From an uncultured bacterium (GTDB lineage: Bacteria > Verrucomicrobiota > Verrucomicrobiia > Limisphaerales > JACDHS01), in NCBI GenBank assembly GCA_966112985.1, contig CBHWET010000001.1, positions 40,053 through 104,052 of the forward strand: 64,000 nt of DNA. The letters are read 5' to 3'. Positions within the stretch are counted from its first letter, which is position 1, and each line of letters begins with the position of its first letter. This document shows positions 10,106-17,152 of the stretch, piece by piece. The notes beneath the pieces were generated by a model. It saw only the letters and a list, made by a program, of their open reading frames with translations. It did no database searches and had not been told where the DNA came from. A program made the position numbers and the translations under genes.

Positions 10106-10690
10106 TCAGAGACGATAGTGATCGACGTTAAACGCTCGGTAGTAACGTTGATCCGGCAGACAACCGAACAAACGCAGTCGTGAACCCAAGCCCTCTTGGA
10201 AAGTGTATTCTCCGGGAAAAAACATGACTACCGGATGCGGCATCATCGCGGGTTGCAGCGATTCAAGAATGGTGTGGGTTCGCAGGAATGGATATACGTG
10301 TCCGACACCTGTAATTAACGAGAGTTTGATTTCCGGGCCGCTGATTAGACGAACCAGACGCGGAATTAGAGTAGCTTTCGGATCGGCCACGTTGTTCAGC
10401 ATTTCAAGCATTTTGCGTTTGCCAAGGGAGGCTTCCTTCTCAATTGCTTTGTCGAGGCGACCGGCTTCCGACAGAATATCCAAAACCAACTCAAAAAGAT
10501 CAGCCCGGGCCACCGAAACGCCGGCGTTTTGAAGTCGGGCGAGCAACGCCTTTACCGTTTGGTTCATCTTGTCCTCGTCTTGAGGCTGATACGTCTTGAT
10601 GAAAATGGGCACTTCATTTGCCAACCCTTTCATACAGAGAAAATCTGGATGACTGAGTAGACGAAAAAGTTGGTCTGCTGACGCGCTCAT
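10106..10690 (-). CDS. brxB: BREX protein BrxB (DUF1788)
   Basis: About 194 aa after trimming to ATG 10690 (MSASADQLFRLLSHPDF...), which overlaps the brxA stop as ATGA. The C-terminal block GVGHVYPFLRTHTILESL resembles the conserved BrxB motif. It lies between brxA and brxC. Confidence 0.8.
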   Translation of the reverse strand: MSASADQLFRLLSHPDFLCMKGLANEVPIFIKTYQPQDEDKMNQTVKALLARLQNAGVSVARADLFELVLDILSEAGRLDKAIEKEASLGKRKMLEMLNNVADPKATLIPRLVRLISGPEIKLSLITGVGHVYPFLRTHTILESLQPAMMPHPVVMFFPGEYTFQEGLGSRLRLFGCLPDQRYYRAFNVDHYRL

Positions 10691-11328
10691 TTCACACTCG
10701 CTTTCGAGATTTCTTCGTCCGTCCAAAGAAATGCCGCCATGAGTTGTGGTTCGTCGGTCATAACGCATCCGAGCACGCCGGCGGGGACGGATGGTCGTTG
10801 AATCCGGTATTCCTTATTCTGTTCTTGAACAAGTCCCGCCTCCTGCAACATCAAAAACAAAACCGTTCGGATCTTCGTTTGCGTCGTTTTTGAAAAACCT
10901 TCGAGGTCGGGATGCGCGAGAATCTGACTCGCAACGAAACTTTCATAATCGGAGGGCCGAAGTATAGGGTCGAAATGTGCCAGTTTTTCGCGGAGAACGT
11001 TTTCCACGAATTCCCAAATAAATGCTGAGTGTTTGACTGCGGCGATCCATGATATTGCGAGCCGCTCGTCTTTCGTGCCATCACTCAACAAGCGAAGTTG
11101 CTCGTGGGTGAGGCATTGCAGGCGCTGACGGAATTCTCGCTCGATTCTTTTCAGCGAACCTGCGCTTCGGCATTGAATGGCATTCGTTCTCAAAATCTCA
11201 CCCTTCGCGGTGTCCCAACTGCCATGTTCCAAATACTTCTCCGCCACCACCCGCGCAATTTCAGGGCGTAGAGACGCGGCGGTGAAGCTAAAGCTGTAAA
11301 AACCTGAAATTGACGAAGCACTACGCAT
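10687..11328 (-). CDS. brxA: BREX protein BrxA (DUF1819)
   Basis: 213-aa ORF and the first gene of the brxA-brxB-brxC-pglX string. It is translationally coupled to brxB. The size fits BrxA. The call rests mainly on synteny. Confidence 0.7.
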   Translation of the reverse strand: MRSASSISGFYSFSFTAASLRPEIARVVAEKYLEHGSWDTAKGEILRTNAIQCRSAGSLKRIEREFRQRLQCLTHEQLRLLSDGTKDERLAISWIAAVKHSAFIWEFVENVLREKLAHFDPILRPSDYESFVASQILAHPDLEGFSKTTQTKIRTVLFLMLQEAGLVQEQNKEYRIQRPSVPAGVLGCVMTDEPQLMAAFLWTDEEISKASVK

Positions 11329-11403
11329 GCTTCCCTTTCATTGAATCGATGCTCGTGGCGGTGGGAATTGGCGCAGGCTTATGGAAATCCGCGAGGCTTA
11401 CGC

Positions 11404-11422
11404 CGCGATAAGTTCTATCGCG
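11404..11422. promoter_or_regulatory. 7-bp inverted repeat (CGCGATA-agttc-TATCGCG) in the brxA upstream region; candidate operator or weak hairpin
   Basis: Read directly: cgcgata (11404-11410) and tatcgcg (11416-11422). It sits in the 231-bp gap between the cap3 stop (11560) and the brxA start (11328). Confidence 0.25.
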
Positions 11423-11559
11423 TTCTGTGAGCCCTGATCGAGGTGCTTTGCATGATACGCTAATTTTTTGCACGCTTAGACTTGCCCCAGCGACGGTAAT
11501 GAAAAACGGATGGCGTCGGAAGATTTTTCTGTGCTTTGTTCGTTAGGCTGCTGGAGGGA

Positions 11560-12105
11560 TTAGCTTGATTTTTCAAACAGCTTTTTGCCAATACCCTTCG
11601 GGCTTTCATGATTTGTAAACGGAGAAAAGCGGTAATAGCCCTCCTTGTCGTGGAGGCTCACCCACAGACCTGCCGGGAAATCGGCCTGGCCCACGATCAC
11701 CATCACAAATGATTTGAGTTGATGACGGGACTTGCTGAAGCAGTCCTGCATACTCTTCAAATCGGTGCCAGACGGCGAAGGGATTGGTTCAGGATGAGTA
11801 TGCCAGTCGCCAACGAAATGAAGGCGCTCCTTAAACAGCTTTTGGATCTCGGCGTTTTGCCGTTGCTGATTCGGGATGAACCAAAACCGTCCGCGTTTGT
11901 CTTCGTTTGCCGGCCCTGTCGCAACTCGAATACAAACGCGGCCAGGTGAAAACTCCGCAAAGAGTTGTCCGCCCACCTCAGGAGCGTTTACTGAAGCCTG
12001 TCTGTGCTTGTTAAAATGCAGGAGCACGTCAGAACAGACGAAAAGTTCCTGCCCGGCTTTCTCACCGCGAAAAGACAGCGATTCAAATTTGGCATTTCGG
12101 CTCAT
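11560..12105 (-). CDS. cap3: CBASS Cap3, JAB/JAMM (MPN+) isopeptidase
   Basis: 181 aa with a JAMM motif HTHPEPIPSPSGTD (HxHx7Sx2D) and an upstream Glu (PEVGGQLFAE). The start ATG shares one base with the cap2 stop (TGATG at 12107..12103). Confidence 0.85.
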   Translation of the reverse strand: MSRNAKFESLSFRGEKAGQELFVCSDVLLHFNKHRQASVNAPEVGGQLFAEFSPGRVCIRVATGPANEDKRGRFWFIPNQQRQNAEIQKLFKERLHFVGDWHTHPEPIPSPSGTDLKSMQDCFSKSRHQLKSFVMVIVGQADFPAGLWVSLHDKEGYYRFSPFTNHESPKGIGKKLFEKSS

Positions 12106-13967
12106 CAGTCCTTACAAAGTGGACAGCGTGGCTCGCGTTGCCAAGGCTGGCAGAAAAATCGTTTACCCAGGTCCGTTGGTGTCATTCTATTTTTCCATGT
12201 TGTACAAAGCGCTCCATTAAGGCTTGAGAGACGGGAAAGGTCACCAATCCAAGTACGCCATTCAGGGCGTTCGGTTTTCTGATTGAGAACATCAAGAGCG
12301 AGTTCGGCGATGATCGCTTTGGTGGAAATGACATCGGTAACACCATACGGTTGATAAAAATCGCTGCATCCAGCCGCATGTATCAGAGTTTCGTCTGGCT
12401 TCTGCCATTCGACGACCTGCCCTTGAAACGACCCATGCTCTGTCATCCCGCACGCGAGACACCCGCCTTGGTCGTTTACCAATAACGCGTGTCCTGCTAT
12501 GCCGTAGGCTTCCGTCCATCCAAAAACAATTGGCGGAAACGTAGGCCACTGACGAGACGCCACATTAAGGGCACAATCGCTGGCCCAATCGCCCGTGGTC
12601 GAGATGACAAGATCGAGTCGGTCAAAAACTCCGGGTGTCTCACGCAGAATAAACTCGATGTCACGACCACCACTCGTTTCGACGGAAAGACCCGGCAATT
12701 GCTTTTGCATAAATGCCGCGAGCGCGTCGCTTTTCCTCTGGTGGACAGAATCGACGCCCAAGAGGTGTCGCCCAACGTTATCAAGGGAAAGCAATTGATT
12801 GTCGGCGAGGTAAAAGCCACCAACTCCACTTTTCGCGAGAAGGAAAGCAATGTCAGCCCCCAATGAACCGCAGCCAAAGATTCCGACACGTTTTTCGGCT
12901 AAGGCAGCAGAAAGCCCGTTTCCACCACGCGCATGGATCCACTCGCTATCTCCGCGAAACGCATTGGCCCCCATCGCGGGCATTGAGCCGAAATAGCGGT
13001 TCAAGAGAACATCAGGAGGAAGCTTACCGTGACGGAAACCATCGTTCCTACAATCGCGAGAATTCTCGCTTACGATGTTGGAAATCTTTGGCTCTTTCAG
13101 CACGAGGCCGGCCAATACCGGTCCGGCACTCGTCCGAAATCCAAACATGACGGCCAATGTTCGAGATTCCTGGGGAATAATCTGCAAAAGTAGCTGGTCG
13201 ATATTGGCGTTCGATTCTTGCGCTAATCGTCGAAAAGCTCCGCTTGTCCCTGGATACTCTTGCGGGTAAAGCGGCTTTTCCAACCAAACAAATACAGATG
13301 GGCGAATTTCCATTCCTTTTGGTGAAACTCCGCCATTGAGATTTTTTACCCATTGTCGGCACTGCTCAGGGGTTTCCGCGAACAATGTGAAGTTGTTTCC
13401 CGACCAATAATAAACAAGCCGTGTTTCCTCCCTCGGCGTCAGGACCGACCAAAATGGAGTCGCTCTTTCAACCAGATGCCCCGGCCAATAGCTCTGAAAT
13501 TCAGTAATGAAATCCTCTCGGTTTTTGCCCGCAACGGAATCCGCAAGCAACTGACCGGCCTGATCAAGAAGGTACTTCACAGTCCCTGTCGGGCGGGCGG
13601 GAGAAAAAGAAGCTGGTCCGGGAGCCAGGCAAAGCTTCCCCGTTTTCTCTACATGCGGAAATTCGAGGTGATACGACGTTTCCTTTAGAAAAATTTCCGG
13701 CGGATGAAATGGAAAATCGCGACCAATCAAAATACGGACAGCGAATTTCTGGGCATTCACGGACAAATCGGCGAACCAACCCGCGAGTCTGTTACCTTCG
13801 CGAGCCAGTTCACCGTCGTTCATCCGTCGGGCAGCATAGTGCGAAACCAAAAATTCGTTAATCTGTTCGATTTGCGCGTCACGTACTCGCCGAACAAGTT
13901 TAGACCGTTCAGCCAAATCGACCTCCTCCGGCCTTTTGAACTGGTGCCGTCGGTTCTTCGTTGGCAA
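12105..13967 (-). CDS. cap2: CBASS Cap2, E2-like/E1-like (ThiF) fusion
   Basis: The N-terminal region has a UBC-like HPP motif and a Cys (FPFHPPEIFL...KTGKLCLAP). The centre has a ThiF/E1 Rossmann block (RVGIFGCGSLGADIAFLLAKSGVGGFYLADNQLLSLDNVGRHLLG). CxxC pairs are present (GGCLACG, RCPLCKD). The ORF-track start 13967 is a TTG. An alternative TTG at 13916 is preceded by GGAGGAGG and would overlap the CD-NTase stop by 8 nt. The first ATG is 13823. Confidence 0.85.
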   Translation of the reverse strand: MPTKNRRHQFKRPEEVDLAERSKLVRRVRDAQIEQINEFLVSHYAARRMNDGELAREGNRLAGWFADLSVNAQKFAVRILIGRDFPFHPPEIFLKETSYHLEFPHVEKTGKLCLAPGPASFSPARPTGTVKYLLDQAGQLLADSVAGKNREDFITEFQSYWPGHLVERATPFWSVLTPREETRLVYYWSGNNFTLFAETPEQCRQWVKNLNGGVSPKGMEIRPSVFVWLEKPLYPQEYPGTSGAFRRLAQESNANIDQLLLQIIPQESRTLAVMFGFRTSAGPVLAGLVLKEPKISNIVSENSRDCRNDGFRHGKLPPDVLLNRYFGSMPAMGANAFRGDSEWIHARGGNGLSAALAEKRVGIFGCGSLGADIAFLLAKSGVGGFYLADNQLLSLDNVGRHLLGVDSVHQRKSDALAAFMQKQLPGLSVETSGGRDIEFILRETPGVFDRLDLVISTTGDWASDCALNVASRQWPTFPPIVFGWTEAYGIAGHALLVNDQGGCLACGMTEHGSFQGQVVEWQKPDETLIHAAGCSDFYQPYGVTDVISTKAIIAELALDVLNQKTERPEWRTWIGDLSRLSSLNGALCTTWKNRMTPTDLGKRFFCQPWQREPRCPLCKD

Positions 13968-14922
13968 TCACCAACGAATTCTTCGAACTGTTTTCTTCAA
14001 TAAGGTCATCGAAATAATCGGTATCGAAGACCTTCCGCCATGCTTTGAGTGCCTGCTTTTTAGAGTCGGTGGTTTCAAGGACTTTCAATTCGTTAATTGC
14101 CCATGCCAACCGCTCGCGCAATTCCTTCATGCAAGCATCTTCAGTTGTCTTAGTGAGCGTCTCCGATAGAACTGGATGTTGAACAACTAACGAGCCATCG
14201 AGTCGTGATTTGATCGCCTTGATAAGGCTGTAGAAGGCTCGGTCGTCGCGCTCGTCAAATGTCCAGTAGCGCTCATCCGTAAGCACTGTGAGAATGAAAC
14301 CGCTCGGCATGTTCCAACTCGCCCGACTGATGCAGAATTTTTTGAGGAGCCGAATCATGCGCCGCATTTGGTGTTGGCCTTCCTTTTCCTGCGAGGAATG
14401 TTTGGCTTTCAATTGCTTTTGAAACCATTCTGTCACTGCTTCCGGATTGGACTTTTTCCAATCGCCGCTCGCAATTTCGTAAAGCGTACTTTTGGAGTCC
14501 GGGTTCTCCATCCGATATACAGGAACATCGACGTGATGGCCCTCGTTGTAATAGACACGGACGCAATTCTCTCGAACCTCCGGCTTCGTTTTGAAGGCTT
14601 CGTCGTAAAGCGCATCGCAGACCATTTTGCGAGCATCGAGCGCCGTCTTGTCGGCTCCTTGCTTTCCTTTGAGCGATTCCTTTGTGAAGACAACACCGTC
14701 ATCAATGTCGTAATCGTTTTTGGGGTGCTGAACGGTTGTGCGCATGGCGTATGAGCCTTGAAGAACGAAACGGTTGGGCGCCGGCTCCTCCGCGTCCTTC
14801 AACCCTTCCTTTAGCCGCCGTTCATTTGCCTCGGCTTGGTCTGAAAGTTTTTTCCGAATATCCTCCGATAGCTTGACGCGATCGTCGTGGAATTTTCTGA
14901 CTTCTTTACTGCAATCAATCAT
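13909..14922 (-). CDS. CBASS cGAS/DncV-like nucleotidyltransferase (CD-NTase)
   Basis: 337 aa. It has the GS motif and the first two catalytic acids (LQGSYAMRTTVQHPKNDYDIDDGVVF) and a third Asp strand (GHHVDVPVY). The ATG overlaps the capV stop as ATGA. The C-terminus ends ...KAGGGRFG-stop. Confidence 0.85.
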   Translation of the reverse strand: MIDCSKEVRKFHDDRVKLSEDIRKKLSDQAEANERRLKEGLKDAEEPAPNRFVLQGSYAMRTTVQHPKNDYDIDDGVVFTKESLKGKQGADKTALDARKMVCDALYDEAFKTKPEVRENCVRVYYNEGHHVDVPVYRMENPDSKSTLYEIASGDWKKSNPEAVTEWFQKQLKAKHSSQEKEGQHQMRRMIRLLKKFCISRASWNMPSGFILTVLTDERYWTFDERDDRAFYSLIKAIKSRLDGSLVVQHPVLSETLTKTTEDACMKELRERLAWAINELKVLETTDSKKQALKAWRKVFDTDYFDDLIEENSSKNSLVIANEEPTAPVQKAGGGRFG

Positions 14923-16043
14923 AACGATTTCCTTTCTGGTGTTTGTAATGGGGGCATATTCTGAAAAACTCCTGAGATGATACGTCCGTCCTCATTGCTA
15001 TCCTTTTCCTGGCAGAGCCGGTACGCCTCAATAGCATCGTCAGCACCGAAGCTTGAAAAAGCGAGAAGCGCATCTTCACTGGCGAGATCCATCTGAAGAA
15101 ACTTTAAGTGTGCCTCGGAACGACGGGCTTCAGGAAAACGGATGATTTTGATCTCACGACCATTTTGGGATAAACATTTCGCGAGAAAATGCGCGGCGAA
15201 GTCTGCGCTCGACGCCTGCGCGTTCATCGCAAGTGTTAATGCCTTCGCTCCAGCCTTCCATTTCAATAGCCCCCGTCGAAGATCTTTTGATTTTAATACG
15301 TTTCCTTCCGGGGCGGAACAGGTTCCTACCGAAAGAATATGAATAGGTTGATCTTTCTCCGCTACCAACATAGCCTCTATCAATCCAATTAGAACCGGAT
15401 TATTTGCCGCAAGCCCGCCGTCCGCATACGTTTCGATCACTAAAGGATCTTGAGGTGAAGCAATGCCAGCCAGGGGCAAAAAGATCGGCGCTGCGCTTGT
15501 AGCGAGACAAATATCGACAAGCTTGTACTGATTATCCAAATCCTTTTTCGGCAGATGAGGCGTCTTGAAAACACGAAACTTTTCGTCAAGGAGTTTGACC
15601 GAGGTCAGGCACAATCCAATTTTTCGACGGTCATAGAGGCGAGCCACCGTTTCATTTCCGAAAAGTTCGTCCAACTTTTCTTTCAACGGAGCCGCTGAGT
15701 TAGCTGGTTTGAAGAAACTACCCAAGCTCCACCACAAAAACGGGAGCAGCCTTTGCGGTTGGGGCCGCATAAAAATCTTTGGCCCGACCTTTCGGTACAT
15801 CTCGATGATGTCATTTATTGAAAGGCCATAAGCCAAGGCGGTCGCTAGAATTCCACCGGTGCTGGTTCCGACAATGAGGTCAAAACCTTTTCCGATGTCT
15901 AATTCGACAGTTTTGTTCTGCTCGACAAATCGACCAGCCAATCGTTGCAGAAGAGTCGCCGTATAAAGGCCACGCATTCCACCACCATCGAGCGACAGCA
16001 CTACAAAAGGTTTTCGGTTCTTGGTCTGACAATCTTTCTCCAT
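14919..16043 (-). CDS. capV: CBASS effector CapV, patatin-like phospholipase
   Basis: 374 aa with an oxyanion hole motif (LSLDGGGMRGLY), a nucleophile elbow (GTSTGG) and a catalytic Asp motif (ADGGLAANNP). It is the first gene of the four-gene operon. Confidence 0.9.
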   Translation of the reverse strand: MEKDCQTKNRKPFVVLSLDGGGMRGLYTATLLQRLAGRFVEQNKTVELDIGKGFDLIVGTSTGGILATALAYGLSINDIIEMYRKVGPKIFMRPQPQRLLPFLWWSLGSFFKPANSAAPLKEKLDELFGNETVARLYDRRKIGLCLTSVKLLDEKFRVFKTPHLPKKDLDNQYKLVDICLATSAAPIFLPLAGIASPQDPLVIETYADGGLAANNPVLIGLIEAMLVAEKDQPIHILSVGTCSAPEGNVLKSKDLRRGLLKWKAGAKALTLAMNAQASSADFAAHFLAKCLSQNGREIKIIRFPEARRSEAHLKFLQMDLASEDALLAFSSFGADDAIEAYRLCQEKDSNEDGRIISGVFQNMPPLQTPERKSL

Positions 16044-16155
16044 ACATTGATCATTGATATGCTCCGAATCTCGGTTTCAACGAACGAGATGAACCTAGAA
16101 GAAAATTCCCTCGCTCGTAAACGCATGAAATCGTAAGGTCCATGACTAAATAATC

Positions 16156-17076
16156 ATGTTCGAAAATCTATTCGACCGGCAGGGGCTATCCCTTGATCGA
16201 TTACGGACGTTTTGCGAAATCGCTCAATCCCGTGGAATTACCCGTGCCGCCAAGGGGAACACAGTCCGCCAATCCCAATTCAGTCGACAACTGAAAGAGT
16301 TGGAAAACTATTTCGGTGCGGAATTGTTCGTTAGAAAACGCAATACATTTCGACTGACACCTGCCGGCGAAAAATTGCTCCGTGTCGCAAACGAGTTCTT
16401 TGCGTCCCTCGTCACGGCAAACAACGAAATACAAAACCTTCCTCAAACAATTTCCTTTGGAGCAGGAGAAAGTATTTTCAACTGGCTGCTTTTCCCGCGT
16501 TTCTCGAACCTGCATCAATTGTTCCCAAATTTTTGCTTTCAGTTCCGGAACCTGCAATCCAATGAAATCATTCGCGAGATACAAGAATCTGAACTCGATT
16601 TTGGGATAGTTCGGGAAGACGCCTGTCCGCGGACGCTCGAAAAAAGGAAGCTTGGCTCAATCAGTTATTGCCTGTTCATGCCCAAGCAGATTAAGGCACC
16701 CAGAGGATCGCTCCCACAAAATACGGTTCTAAAAAATCTCCCGCTCGCGACACTCGAAGGGGATGGCCAGTTTAAGACCATTCTATTTGAGTCGGCAGAG
16801 AAGCACGCCATATCGCTCAACATCAAAGTCGTGTGCAGTTCATTCCCACTAATGACGGAAATTCTGAAGCACGGACATGTAGCCGCAATCCTGCCAAGCA
16901 TCGCTGAAAGCGAACTCCCAAAAAGTCAATTCGAACGGATAGACCTTCCCATGTTGAAACAAATGCAGCGACAATACGTTTTATGCTACCGAGCAAGAAC
17001 ACTTGAGCGCCGAGATTGCTTGCAGCGTGCCTTGGCAGCACTCGTTAAACATCTCCAAATTGGAGGAACTTGTTGA
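16156..17076 (+). CDS. LysR-type transcriptional regulator (LTTR)
   Basis: 306 aa. The N-terminal wHTH is typical of LTTRs (LDRLRTFCEIAQSRGITRAAKGNTVRQSQFSRQLKELENYFGAELFVRK), followed by a periplasmic-binding-protein-like effector domain of the right length. It is divergent from capV, with a 112-bp intergenic region. Confidence 0.85.
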   Translation: MFENLFDRQGLSLDRLRTFCEIAQSRGITRAAKGNTVRQSQFSRQLKELENYFGAELFVRKRNTFRLTPAGEKLLRVANEFFASLVTANNEIQNLPQTISFGAGESIFNWLLFPRFSNLHQLFPNFCFQFRNLQSNEIIREIQESELDFGIVREDACPRTLEKRKLGSISYCLFMPKQIKAPRGSLPQNTVLKNLPLATLEGDGQFKTILFESAEKHAISLNIKVVCSSFPLMTEILKHGHVAAILPSIAESELPKSQFERIDLPMLKQMQRQYVLCYRARTLERRDCLQRALAALVKHLQIGGTC

Positions 17077-17080
17077 GCGA

Positions 17081-17094
17081 GGCAGAGCTCTGCC
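17081..17094. terminator. Perfect 14-bp palindrome GGCAGAGCTCTGCC between the convergent LTTR gene and druE; candidate bidirectional terminator hairpin
   Basis: Read directly, 5 nt after the LTTR stop (17074-17076). There is no strong U-tract, so the call is weak. Confidence 0.3.
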
Positions 17095-17152
17095 GTGACG
17101 CAATGCGACACCGAAAAAGTCCCGTAGCAGTGGAGTTTACGAGGACCTCAAA

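Noticed and set aside
16045-16058. Tandem CATTGAT-CATTGAT as an LTTR box
   Set aside because: It does not fit the T-N11-A dyad and begins 2 nt from the capV start codon. I mention it only as an observation within the LTTR finding.
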